In this document: positions 27,032 to 36,636 of the stretch, piece after piece
Layout of the letters: every line of letters begins with the position of its first letter
Position numbering within the stretch: the first letter of the stretch is position 1
From: a virus
IMG/VR virus record: IMGVR_UViG_3300042561_002100
Coordinates: 96,001 to 160,000 of that record
Reading direction: 5' to 3' (one strand)
DNA: 64,000 bases
The notes under the pieces: generated by a model
Database searches by the model: none
Seen by the model: the letters and a program-made list of their open reading frames with translations, nothing else
Told to the model about the DNA's origin: nothing
Made by a program: the position numbers and the translations under genes

Positions 27032-28048
27032 ATGGAAAGAAAAATATTCAACCACAATCCAATAACACTACCAAAATTAAAACAGGTTAACGTTCCGGGA
27101 CTTCGTTATTACACAACAGAAAGTAGTAAAAACAAGTTCGTCTCAATTACGTCTATCATTTCTCATAACACAAAACATAAATTCGTCAAATGGCGAAAAG
27201 ATGTTGGAGAAAAAGAGGCAAATAGAGTCACTAATCGTTCAACACTAAGAGGAACCAAAACCCACTCGCTTATTGAGGCATATGTTGGAAATGAAGAACA
27301 ACCTCTTTTAGAAAGCATCTTTAAACCAGAAGAAGACGAAAAAATTGAAAGGCTTCTTAATCCTTACGATAGAATCTGCGCTCTGAATAATAAGCTGGTC
27401 ATAGAGATCTTTAAAAATAGCGAAAATCTATTGAGAGTTAAAATCTCAGGAAACAATAAATCAGCTAATCTTTTTCTAGATCTCATCTACGACCAATTCG
27501 GTGAGATTCTTTTTGAGCCTGGTACCAATCCAGATGGCTACAATAAACACATTTTAGTTCAGGCCGAGTATCAAAATTTTATTGATTTTTCTCTTGAATC
27601 TATTGATGGTGCTACACTCTATCCCGAGACAGTAGAATCTTATAAAAATCTGCCTTTTAGGCTCTTTGATAATCTTAGACCGGAACTCAATAAAATTGAT
27701 AACGTTCTGGGTATTGAGATTCCTCTTTATAGTGAATACTTTGGAATCGCTGGAACTTCTGACTGTATTGCGGAATATAATGGAATTCTGAGTATCATTG
27801 ACTATAAGACTTCCGATTATATCAAACGTAAAGAATGGATTCTAGATTATTTTGTACAGGCTGTTGCTTATCGCTACATGTTAAAGGAGCGAACGGGATT
27901 AGATGCACAGCAACTTGTTATTTTTATGGCTGCGGAAAACGGAGAGATCAAGCCTTTTATTGAGACCGATTTCACTCCTTATTCTAAGAAACTTGTTCAA
28001 TATATCAATAATTACAAAAATGAAAAAATCAAAGAAGTTGAATCTTGA
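27032..28048 (+). CDS. RecB/Cas4-like PD-(D/E)xK exonuclease with an internal insertion
   Basis: SITSII, RGTKTH, GIAGTSDCIAEYNG, IIDYKTS, YFVQAVAY. Confidence 0.85.
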   Translation: MERKIFNHNPITLPKLKQVNVPGLRYYTTESSKNKFVSITSIISHNTKHKFVKWRKDVGEKEANRVTNRSTLRGTKTHSLIEAYVGNEEQPLLESIFKPEEDEKIERLLNPYDRICALNNKLVIEIFKNSENLLRVKISGNNKSANLFLDLIYDQFGEILFEPGTNPDGYNKHILVQAEYQNFIDFSLESIDGATLYPETVESYKNLPFRLFDNLRPELNKIDNVLGIEIPLYSEYFGIAGTSDCIAEYNGILSIIDYKTSDYIKRKEWILDYFVQAVAYRYMLKERTGLDAQQLVIFMAAENGEIKPFIETDFTPYSKKLVQYINNYKNEKIKEVES

Positions 28049-28301
28049 TCAGGAACTAGAGAAAGAGTACAATAAGAAGTTCATCTCACAAGAAAAGTTT
28101 GCAGAACAGATTGAACAATATTGTCATGACAATGGTTATGAGAATTACATTTCTGCAATAGCCGATTATTGTGAGCTTAATAATATTGATATTGATTCTG
28201 TTCCCAAGCTAATATCAAAACAATTCAAACAAAAGATTCAACATCAGGCAACGAAACTGAATTTTCTAAAGATTAAACCTCTACCAGAATTACCAATTTG
28301 A
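28020..28301 (+). CDS. gp33: Late-promoter transcription co-activator
   Basis: YISAIADYCELNNIDIDSVPKLISK...ATKLNFLK. Confidence 0.85.
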   Translation: MKKSKKLNLDQELEKEYNKKFISQEKFAEQIEQYCHDNGYENYISAIADYCELNNIDIDSVPKLISKQFKQKIQHQATKLNFLKIKPLPELPI

Positions 28302-28894
28302 AGCCGACACCATATGAATGTTACACAATATATCTTGCCTTAAAACAACATTTCTCCAATGAGAATTACGACTTCTTTCAATACAATGGAAAAGTCAGAA
28401 CATCAATAAAAACTTATAACAAAAGAAACGACCGATATTTTTTTGAGAAACTGAGCAGAAAATACGACAAACAAGAAATCATTGAGTATTTTGCTGCATC
28501 ATTTATTATGGCTCCAGATCCGGGAAACTTATGGATCGGAGATTTAAGAACAAAAGGTGAAGAAAATTATAATACCTGGAAAGCTAACACATCATCGCTC
28601 GCTTATAGATTCAATGAAGAGATAAAAAGTCTTACAGAATCAAAACATCTATATGAGTGTGTGAAGTTTATTGACAATAAACATCCGCAGATTATCAAAG
28701 CTTTTCTGAGAAACGAAGTGTCATTAGAGACTTTGTTTATACTTGAAGATATTCTACATTTTATGAAAAGTTCCGATTATGATCCGATTCTAAAATTGAT
28801 TGAATTTAAGATCAAAAAATATCGTCCGTTCTTTGAATATAACAAACCATATTTCATAGAACAGATGAAGACCATATGCTTTCAGACGAGTTAG
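28298..28894 (+). CDS. gp59: Helicase loader
   Basis: YLALKQHF, YDFFQYNGK, YFFEKLSRKY. Confidence 0.88.
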   Translation: MKPTPYECYTIYLALKQHFSNENYDFFQYNGKVRTSIKTYNKRNDRYFFEKLSRKYDKQEIIEYFAASFIMAPDPGNLWIGDLRTKGEENYNTWKANTSSLAYRFNEEIKSLTESKHLYECVKFIDNKHPQIIKAFLRNEVSLETLFILEDILHFMKSSDYDPILKLIEFKIKKYRPFFEYNKPYFIEQMKTICFQTS

Positions 28895-29460
28895 TAGAAG
28901 AGATAGAAAGACGAGTAAGAGATCATCATAAACTGTACGATTTAAGTGTAAAAGGTGAATATTGGGAAGAGATTTTAGCGAAGTCAATAATTGTAACCGG
29001 AGGACAATCAGATTGGCTAGCGGAAAGAACACACACAATCGGTAAAGATCAGATCTGCAGTTGGGGATCTTACGAGAACAAAAGAATATCAAACAAAAGC
29101 GGAGTCTATACGATTTCCTCAAATACATTAAAAATCAATGGTTCAAGAAGCACCACTTATTCAACATTAGAAGATAAGATCGCTTATTTTTCAGATAAAA
29201 AAGAAGACTTCTATTTTTGCCTTGCCACATCAACACTCAAGAAAGATTTAAATTATTATCTATTTTGTTTTGAGACAAATATTCTTGATTATAAAAAAGC
29301 TGATTGGCAAGAGCATTACAATGATAAAAAAGAGCTTATGGGTTGGAAGTGTACAACACCAATCTACAATGCCTGGATTAAACGTAATATGTCAGATCAA
29401 TTATGGACACACATAAAATTGGATGTCGCTAATATTAAACCCACATGCATAACACGATAA
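28876..29460 (+). CDS. Putative restriction-endonuclease-like protein
   Basis: GEYWEEIL...D...ISNKSG resembles a PD-(D/E)xK-type core; overlaps the methyltransferase gene. Confidence 0.4.
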   Translation: MLSDELVEEIERRVRDHHKLYDLSVKGEYWEEILAKSIIVTGGQSDWLAERTHTIGKDQICSWGSYENKRISNKSGVYTISSNTLKINGSRSTTYSTLEDKIAYFSDKKEDFYFCLATSTLKKDLNYYLFCFETNILDYKKADWQEHYNDKKELMGWKCTTPIYNAWIKRNMSDQLWTHIKLDVANIKPTCITR

Positions 29461-30203
29461 GATTATTCCACGGTGATTGTCTAGATTTATTACCTCAGAT
29501 AGAAGATAATTCGGTTGATATGGTGATGTGTGATCTGCCTTATGAGAAAACCATCTTATCCTGGGATTCCATTATTGATCTGAATAGATTATGGCCGGAA
29601 TACAACAGAATCTGTAAGCTCAATGCAGCCATGGTCTTTACCGCAGTACAGCCATTCACTTCATTATTAGTTCAATCCAATGTTGCTAATTTTCGTTATG
29701 AATGGATCTGGGAAAAACCACAAGGAACCAATCCTCTCAATAAGGATTCCATGCCTTTGAGATCACATGAAAATATTTTGGTCTTTTATCGCAAACCACC
29801 TATCTACAATCCACAGATGGAAAAGGGTAGTCCCTACAAGGGTTTCAGCTCACAGAAATCCAAAATCGGGGAAGTCTATGGTTCAGCCAAAAGTATGCAC
29901 CGAGACAATGAAGAAGGCACAAGATATCCAAAAACCGTTCTTAAATTTAAGCAAGAAAAAGGATTACATCCAACTCAGAAACCAGTTTCTTTGATGGAAT
30001 ATCTAATTAGAACCTACACCAATGAAAATGCTGTTATTCTAGATAATACAATGGGAAGTGGAACAACTGGAGATGCAAGTCTTAGAAGTGGTAGAAACTT
30101 TATAGGAATGGAGAAAGAACTAGAATACTATAATATTGCAGAAAAGAGACTTAAAGAGCAATCCATAAGATCCCAGATGAATATTATGGATCTTTTAACC
30201 TAA
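29445..30203 (+). CDS. Beta-class amino (N4C/N6A) DNA methyltransferase
   Basis: GDCL, DLPY (motif IV), HPTQKP, DNTMGSGTTG (motif I). Confidence 0.92.
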   Translation: MHNTIRLFHGDCLDLLPQIEDNSVDMVMCDLPYEKTILSWDSIIDLNRLWPEYNRICKLNAAMVFTAVQPFTSLLVQSNVANFRYEWIWEKPQGTNPLNKDSMPLRSHENILVFYRKPPIYNPQMEKGSPYKGFSSQKSKIGEVYGSAKSMHRDNEEGTRYPKTVLKFKQEKGLHPTQKPVSLMEYLIRTYTNENAVILDNTMGSGTTGDASLRSGRNFIGMEKELEYYNIAEKRLKEQSIRSQMNIMDLLT

Positions 30204-30220
30204 TAACATCACAAAAAATT

Positions 30221-30835
30221 ATGCGAGAATTTACACCAAATCAGGCAATTGTTGATCCTGAAACACACGAAAAAGTAGTTAAACTATTTGATAAGATTAA
30301 AGAAGAGGCAGAAAAATCCAAGTGGGTATGGGAAGATGTTCCACCAGAGGAAGAAGAATATATTGAATCATATAATATTAGTTTTGATTTTGATGCATCA
30401 GCAATTTTAGCGAAAGAAATTAAAGATCGGGAAAATCTAACACCATGGAAAACTGAGATAATAAAACATGAGAATTCTGTGAGAACATATTATGGGCAAT
30501 TTAAAACAGAAGAAAGTTATAAAAATTATCTAAGTGAATGTGAAAAATATACTAAAGAAATTGAGCCCTATATTTTTGGTTATTGTGGTGCTGCGCATGG
30601 AATCTATAAAAACAAGTTATTAGAATTTCAGACGCTCAAATTTAAATCTTTTGATAATCTGATTACACATCTTAAAAAATTAACTGAAGATAAAAATATC
30701 ATTCTATTACGCTTTCGGTATTCATATTTTGAGATTGAAACTATTCTTGATGATAAACTCAACATTAAGGATAATATTGAATTAGAAAAACCAGAATATT
30801 ACTTCATTATCAGATTCGCTCTTGTAGACAAGTAA
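30221..30835 (+). CDS. Hypothetical protein
   Basis: 204-aa ORF. Confidence 0.6.
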   Translation: MREFTPNQAIVDPETHEKVVKLFDKIKEEAEKSKWVWEDVPPEEEEYIESYNISFDFDASAILAKEIKDRENLTPWKTEIIKHENSVRTYYGQFKTEESYKNYLSECEKYTKEIEPYIFGYCGAAHGIYKNKLLEFQTLKFKSFDNLITHLKKLTEDKNIILLRFRYSYFEIETILDDKLNIKDNIELEKPEYYFIIRFALVDK

Positions 30836-30924
30836 AATTTTGTGATCTGGATACACTAATAAATAAATATGGGTTGGTAAACCCACCAAAGAAGCTTCCG
30901 GTTTAACGCTATCTAAAAACAAAA

Positions 30925-31854
30925 ATGAAAGATTTTAAGCAACTAAAGAAAGCATCTTCTCTTGGTACTCTAACTGAGAAACTGATTAAAGATGCACAAA
31001 CAATGAATAGTTCACTGAAAGATGAACGTATCTTCAATGTAGAACGAGATAAATCCGGTCTAGGTTATGCCGTTGTGCGATTTATGCCAGCTCCTCCCAA
31101 TGAAGAAGCTGCTTTCGTGAAACTGTATAATCACGGCTTCAAGGGTAACAGTCGCTGGTTTGTTGAAAACTGTCCGACTACTCTCGGACAAGATTGTCAT
31201 GTATGTTTCGAAAATTCTTTACTCTATAACTCCGGTGTAGACGCCAATAAGAAAATCGCATCTAGTCGTAAGCGTAAACTGAGCTATTACAGTAATGTTT
31301 ACATCGTTAAAAATCCTTCTAATCCTGCACTAGAAGGAACCGTAATGCTCTATCGTTATGGTAAAAAAATTTATGATAAAGTGATGTCGGCACTAAAGCC
31401 AGAATTTGAAGACGAAACTCCAGTAGATCCCTTTGATCTTTGGGGTGGTGCAAACTTCAAAATCAAAGTGAAGACGGTAAAAGAATCTTCTGGTGAATCA
31501 TATCCAAATTACGATGATAGTTCGTTTGAATCTCCTGCACCACTTCTGGGCGGTGATGATGCAAAACTAGAAGCTGTTTGGAAACAATGTTATTCTCTAT
31601 CGGATCTTATTTCCGCTGATAAATTCCGTTCTTATGATGATCTTCGGACTCGCTTCAATCGGGTAACTGGATCAACTTCGGAAGCTTCTGTTCAACGACA
31701 AGAGGCTGAACTGGAAGAGGTAGCTCAGGCAGTGAATGATGATAACATTATGGAAGAACTTGAGGCTCATTATAAGCGCCAAACTTCTAGCTCTGAAGAC
31801 TCACTCTTTGATGATCCACTCAAAGCCTTTGAAGAACTGAATGATGACGACTAA
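30925..31854 (+). CDS. gp32: Single-stranded DNA-binding protein
   Basis: GYAVVRFMPAP, ENCPTTLGQDC, RKRKLSYYSN, YGKKIYDK, FDLWGGANF, acidic tail; ATAAATA at 30863. Confidence 0.95.
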   Translation: MKDFKQLKKASSLGTLTEKLIKDAQTMNSSLKDERIFNVERDKSGLGYAVVRFMPAPPNEEAAFVKLYNHGFKGNSRWFVENCPTTLGQDCHVCFENSLLYNSGVDANKKIASSRKRKLSYYSNVYIVKNPSNPALEGTVMLYRYGKKIYDKVMSALKPEFEDETPVDPFDLWGGANFKIKVKTVKESSGESYPNYDDSSFESPAPLLGGDDAKLEAVWKQCYSLSDLISADKFRSYDDLRTRFNRVTGSTSEASVQRQEAELEEVAQAVNDDNIMEELEAHYKRQTSSSEDSLFDDPLKAFEELNDDD

Positions 31855-32849
31855 TTGTAAAGTCTAATATTATCTCCCTTCTTTAGGGTACGGCTCTCAT
31901 ATTGAGAGCTTTTTTTATACCTCATAATATTCTCAATGTCATCAAAAAGAATACTCAGATAAGCTGGTTTAATAATATAAATCTCTCTTTTCTTGTCTTC
32001 CTTGTTCATCTCGTATTCATAATTTGTCACTCCAGTAACGAAACTAGATTTCGGTGTGTGGACCGTATAACCTAAACCATCATCATAAAACTCGTAATAA
32101 TAAGAATTAGCAGTAAAGGTGCTATTCTCACTTAAGGTAAAATGAACTTCTTCTACTCTAGGATCCGCTAAAATCGGTTCAGAATTAGCTGGAACTTCAT
32201 TCAGAATAAATTCAAATGACGTGACTAAATTATCAGTTTCTTCTAAAATATTACTAATAAAAAATTGACCATTATATTCTCTGTCTGATATATTGAATAG
32301 TGTTATTTGAGTTCCCACCTCTAATCCAACAATACCATTAACAAGTTCAATTGATCCGGTAGTTCCACTACTTGTTAAGGTATTAATCTTTGCATTAACA
32401 ACTTCAATAAAATTGCCATTGGTTTTCCATGTTGGTGATAATCTGATACCACCTTTCAGCATTGTTATTCCTACTGAGTTTTGAATCTCTTCGGTTTCAT
32501 AGTGATGAATTCCAGAATAAAGATTATCATAAGATCCATATTTTTGTAGCATCACTTGATCAAAAACATTAGAAGGTAACGGCCATTCATCTTGAACATT
32601 CAGAATATTATTAGACAGAAAAACAACCCAATCTAATGTTGGATCATCGTAGAATTTATGTGCTACTTGATCAGCACGTTCATCTCCTTCAATTGAATAT
32701 TTCTCAAAATAAGCGAGATTATTGAAGATGCTAGATGTAATCTGTCCACGACGAAAGAAATTCTTGACTATGGTGTAATCAGAAATCTTTGAATCTGGAA
32801 GAAGACTGACGTAATTAAAGTCAGAAACGTAACTGAAGTAGTGTGCCAT
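31851..32849 (-). CDS. gp53: Baseplate wedge subunit
   Basis: ERADQVAHKFYDDPTLDWVV, IHHYET, NEDKKREIYIIKP. Confidence 0.85.
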   Translation of the reverse strand: MAHYFSYVSDFNYVSLLPDSKISDYTIVKNFFRRGQITSSIFNNLAYFEKYSIEGDERADQVAHKFYDDPTLDWVVFLSNNILNVQDEWPLPSNVFDQVMLQKYGSYDNLYSGIHHYETEEIQNSVGITMLKGGIRLSPTWKTNGNFIEVVNAKINTLTSSGTTGSIELVNGIVGLEVGTQITLFNISDREYNGQFFISNILEETDNLVTSFEFILNEVPANSEPILADPRVEEVHFTLSENSTFTANSYYYEFYDDGLGYTVHTPKSSFVTGVTNYEYEMNKEDKKREIYIIKPAYLSILFDDIENIMRYKKSSQYESRTLKKGDNIRLYN

Positions 32850-33844
32850 TAGTATCCAATCGGATGATCGTCTTCATCATAATCACTCGCATAAACAGGA
32901 AGAATTTCTTGGAATGTCATATTAACATTATATGCAACCATCGTGCCGTCTTTATATGTCATGTAAGAATTATTGGGAGTATAATCAACCGTACAATTTT
33001 GCAATGCGCAGGTTTTTACTTTCCCGATGCCAATGTGTGTCTTACTGCTACCCATCAAATACTTAATACCAAAGACGTAAGGTGATTTAATGAATAAGCT
33101 ATTCTCTTGAACTCTTGGTGCCATTCCTTGCTTAAAGAATCTTATGATTTTCTTGACTTCATCAGCTTCATCTTGATCTCTAGGTGATAATTTAAAGTTG
33201 AACGTAAATGGTCGCAATGATGGAGTGTTAAAGAGTAACTCTAAATTTGGATTAAGAATCTTACCTGTTGCTCTTGTGAATAATCCTTGTACACTAATAA
33301 TCTGCTCAACTAATGCGAGTCTACCAAGATCACCAATAGATTCATCTGTTAATAAACTTGTCATGGCATCTATTGACTTATCCATTTGGAGTCCTTCGCC
33401 GCCCTTCATTGCATTATATGATAGATTGGCAACTCTTCTTTGAATATCGTTTAACTGACCTCCATCTGCCCAGGTAACCGCATTGGTATCCTGGATTTTA
33501 TCCTGAATTGGAAGAAATACTCTTTCTACACTATTACCTCCCATTTTTAGAGCACTATTGACATAAAATTCCGATTCCTTCATTGCATTTTTTACTTGAG
33601 GAAAAGGAGTATCAATGTTCAAATTTTCTGCCGGACCAACTCTAGGCGCTTCTAATTTATCGCTTTTTAGTTTATATTCTTTGATGCTAAATTCTATTCT
33701 ATCTTGCCCTTCAACCACATCGTCATTTTTCATGTTAGTGGGATACATCAGGTAGGACTTGTTTCCACCTTTACCTGATTTTTTTACATTTCTGTTTAAC
33801 GAACCACCCAATGTCTCTAATCTGGCGGTTGAAATGATGGGCAT
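32849..33844 (-). CDS. gp48: Baseplate tail-tube cap
   Basis: NPNLELLFNTPSLRPFTFNFKLSP, FIKSP, VDYTPN; late motif on the minus strand at 33856-33862. Confidence 0.85.
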   Translation of the reverse strand: MPIISTARLETLGGSLNRNVKKSGKGGNKSYLMYPTNMKNDDVVEGQDRIEFSIKEYKLKSDKLEAPRVGPAENLNIDTPFPQVKNAMKESEFYVNSALKMGGNSVERVFLPIQDKIQDTNAVTWADGGQLNDIQRRVANLSYNAMKGGEGLQMDKSIDAMTSLLTDESIGDLGRLALVEQIISVQGLFTRATGKILNPNLELLFNTPSLRPFTFNFKLSPRDQDEADEVKKIIRFFKQGMAPRVQENSLFIKSPYVFGIKYLMGSSKTHIGIGKVKTCALQNCTVDYTPNNSYMTYKDGTMVAYNVNMTFQEILPVYASDYDEDDHPIGY

Positions 33845-33858
33845 TGTTTTTATTATAT

Positions 33859-34419
33859 TTAGAGCTTAATTGGATAGAATGTTTGTATTCTTAAAACATC
33901 TTCCAACTCCCACTCCTTTATTTCATAAAAACGAGACTGAAAACCACTATAATTGTAATTTCTATACATGCTCTCAATGTACTGTGGTGCATACTTCCAA
34001 TGTAGATTCACACCTAAAACCTTGAATGCGCTCTTATCTATAATAATAGAAACAGGATAAAGATCAAAATACTTACCTTTTGTTTTTGCCCAATACTTAA
34101 AAGTATAATATTTACCCAGTTCCAATGATTCTTCTTGTCTTCCTAGATTTTGTAATGTCTCCACTAGCTTATCCCAATAAAAATTAGGACTCTTTCCTGG
34201 TGGCAATGAATCCGCTAACTCTTTTATGCTATAGAGCTGCTGTCTTTCACGAATTCTTCTTTCTTTATCGGTAGTTGATTGAACAATAGAAACAGGTTTC
34301 TTTTCTTCTTTCTCTAATGCTAATCTTTTCGCTCTACTAATAAGACCACCAAATTGGATATTCGTTTCAATCCATTTAAGAATCCATTGAGTTGAGCGAG
34401 AGATTATGTTCTTGAACAT
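33859..34419 (-). CDS. gp2: DNA end protector-like protein
   Basis: YTFKYWAKTK...FDLYP...GVNLHW; position between gp48 and gp4. Confidence 0.6.
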   Translation of the reverse strand: MFKNIISRSTQWILKWIETNIQFGGLISRAKRLALEKEEKKPVSIVQSTTDKERRIRERQQLYSIKELADSLPPGKSPNFYWDKLVETLQNLGRQEESLELGKYYTFKYWAKTKGKYFDLYPVSIIIDKSAFKVLGVNLHWKYAPQYIESMYRNYNYSGFQSRFYEIKEWELEDVLRIQTFYPIKL

Positions 34420-34423
34420 CAGC

Positions 34424-34870
34424 TTACTTAATTCCTAAATCGCTTTCTGTTAGAATAATAAATTCCATTCCATTTCTATCACAAAACTCTTCAGCAAACT
34501 TCCATTTTGATGTGTTTTTCTGATAGGTCTTACACTCATTGATATAAGTTCTGGTTTTCTTTCTTCCTTCTTTTGGTGGTTGAGTTTGACGATAGGGTTT
34601 TACTTCCGCAAGATATTTCTTAGTTTGACCATCTTTATTGACAATTTCCATATAGACATCTGGAAAGTATCTGCGGGTTTTCATTGACGATTCGTCCCAA
34701 TACTTAATAGCAAACGGTTCACTAGACCATTTTAGAACACTACTTGTATTATCGCAGAATTGAAACAGATGTCTTTCCCAAGAAGAACGAAAGACAATTT
34801 CATTAAGATCTCCAATATACTTATCTGGATTTATTGGATGATAAAAGTTCTGTACCCAATTAGTAGCCAC
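34424..34870 (-). CDS. gp4: Head completion nuclease
   Basis: NPDKYIGD, RSSWE, WSSE, RYFPD, EVKP, KW. Confidence 0.92.
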   Translation of the reverse strand: MATNWVQNFYHPINPDKYIGDLNEIVFRSSWERHLFQFCDNTSSVLKWSSEPFAIKYWDESSMKTRRYFPDVYMEIVNKDGQTKKYLAEVKPYRQTQPPKEGRKKTRTYINECKTYQKNTSKWKFAEEFCDRNGMEFIILTESDLGIK

Positions 34871-34901
34871 TAAATATACTTTAGACTCTTTTTATATTTA
34901 G
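34870..34901. promoter_or_regulatory. Pair of oppositely oriented T4-type late promoters (CTAAATA on each strand)
   Basis: Inverted repeat CTAAATATA...TATATTTAG between the divergent gp4 and tail-tube genes. Confidence 0.75.
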
Positions 34902-34908
34902 CGGAACG

Positions 34909-35619
34909 TTGTATAAACCCAAACCACCAACAATAGCACAATTAAAAAGTAAGATTCTTCGTCCGGCAACGACATCTAATTTTCAATGTTGGTTTCCGCC
35001 ACCAGCACAAGTTAGAAACTGGATCTCCGATAAGAATAAAGCGGGTATTGATATTAATTTCAACGATGAGACTTTTGAACTCATTAGTCTTAATTGTACT
35101 GAAGCTAGTCTTCCGGGTTCAACATTTGCAACAAATGAAATCACCGATGATTATACTGGTGTAACAGAAAGACATGCCTATCGTAGACAATATGACGATA
35201 GAAGCGACTTTACTTTTCAGGTGGATAACTCCGTTGATAATGCACAGAATAGTCCGAATTATAGAGTTTTATTGTTCTTTGAATTATGGATGGAATATAT
35301 TGCAGATGAACAAAAATCTTTAGGTCTTGAGGATCCGAATTATTTTTATAGAGTAAATTTCCCTTCTTCTTATCAGGCACCATATATTATCTTAAACAAG
35401 TTTGAAAAAGATTATAGAGGAAATTACTTACAATATAAGTTTTTACAAGCCTTTCCGATTGCGATAAACAGCATTCCAGTTTCTTACGATTCAACTCAAT
35501 TATTGCAATGTACAGTGTCTTTTGCCTATACTCGCTATGTTATCAATACACTACCTCTTTCGGGATTACCGATTCCAAATAATCCGGCTCCACAAAATCC
35601 TCTCACACCAACCACATAA
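34909..35619 (+). CDS. Tail-tube initiator / gp19-gp54-like protein
   Basis: CTEASLPG, YRRQYD, FQVD, AFPIAIN, VSFAY. Confidence 0.7.
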   Translation: MYKPKPPTIAQLKSKILRPATTSNFQCWFPPPAQVRNWISDKNKAGIDINFNDETFELISLNCTEASLPGSTFATNEITDDYTGVTERHAYRRQYDDRSDFTFQVDNSVDNAQNSPNYRVLLFFELWMEYIADEQKSLGLEDPNYFYRVNFPSSYQAPYIILNKFEKDYRGNYLQYKFLQAFPIAINSIPVSYDSTQLLQCTVSFAYTRYVINTLPLSGLPIPNNPAPQNPLTPTT

Positions 35620-35648
35620 ATAAAAGCAAAACATATTATTTTTGATTC

Positions 35649-36416
35649 ATGTCTGTTCTACCTCGTCCAGTTTATCCTACCTATGAGATTGTTATTCCGT
35701 CTCTCAAAAAGAAAGTAAAGTTTCGGCCTTATAGAGCTGTAGAAGAAAAAGTTCTTGCAATCGCAATGGAGAGCGAAAACATCTCCGAGATTACTACTGC
35801 GATTAAGATGATTCTTGAAAATTGCATTCAAGCTAAAGATGTTGATGTAGAAAGACTTGCAACTTTTGACATTGAATATCTTTTTCTTAATATTCGGGCA
35901 AAGGCATCTGGGGAGGTTATTGAACTTCAGGTTCTTTATCCTGGTGAAGAAGATCTCTATGTTCCTGTTAAGGTCAATATTGATGAGATTAAAATACAGG
36001 AAACTAAAGGTCACACCAATATTATTAAACTTGATGATGATATGACGATGATTATGAAGTATCCAACCTTTGACTTCTTCATTAAAGAGCAATTTGAGAT
36101 GCCAGAAGATGCGGATACCGAAGATAAAATGAAGAAAGGTTATGATCTTATTGCTTCTTGTGTTGATAAGATCTGTAAAGGTGAAGATGTATGGTTAGCG
36201 GAAGATGTCGGAAGAGAAGAAGTTATTTCCTTTCTAGATGATCTTCTCACAAAACAGTTTGAAAAAGTTGAGGAGTTTCTTAATACCATGCCGCAACTAA
36301 AACATACAATTAAGATTCAACATCCAACTCGTACTGTTATTGATCCAAAAACCAAAAAAGAAGTTCCAGAAGAAGCAGAAATTACACTGAATGGGTTAGT
36401 TGATTTTTTTATCTAG
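35649..36416 (+). CDS. gp26: Baseplate hub subunit
   Basis: PTYEIVIPS, FRPY, EEKVL, FDIEYLFLNIRAKASGE, MKYP; ATAAATA at 35616. Confidence 0.9.
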   Translation: MSVLPRPVYPTYEIVIPSLKKKVKFRPYRAVEEKVLAIAMESENISEITTAIKMILENCIQAKDVDVERLATFDIEYLFLNIRAKASGEVIELQVLYPGEEDLYVPVKVNIDEIKIQETKGHTNIIKLDDDMTMIMKYPTFDFFIKEQFEMPEDADTEDKMKKGYDLIASCVDKICKGEDVWLAEDVGREEVISFLDDLLTKQFEKVEEFLNTMPQLKHTIKIQHPTRTVIDPKTKKEVPEEAEITLNGLVDFFI

Positions 36417-36418
36417 GA

Positions 36419-36610
36419 ATGTCGCACACCAATCTTGAGGTGTATTATCGGCGAATGTTTGCATTAGTTCAATATCATAAATGGAATCCCGAATGGCTAG
36501 ATAATATACTACCATGGGAATTTGATGCATATGTTGAAATGTTAAAAATGCATCTAGAGGAAGAAAAAGTCAAACAGCAACAACAACAACAAAGTCAAAA
36601 TAGGGTCTAA
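36419..36610 (+). CDS. gp51: Baseplate hub assembly catalyst
   Basis: YYRRMFALVQYHKW...PWEFDAYV. Confidence 0.85.
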   Translation: MSHTNLEVYYRRMFALVQYHKWNPEWLDNILPWEFDAYVEMLKMHLEEEKVKQQQQQQSQNRV

Positions 36611-36636
36611 ATATTCTGTAGTATCCATAAGCCATA

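Noticed and set aside
27305-27646. Intein in the exonuclease
   Set aside because: No N-terminal C/S/T block and no penultimate His-Asn followed by C/S/T at the insert boundaries.
27903-28019. Long N-terminal extensions in the ORF track (gp33 from 27903; also ORFs at 4936, 17868, 18366, 26546, 62998)
   Set aside because: They overlap upstream genes or promoter boxes; downstream ATGs give the expected protein starts.
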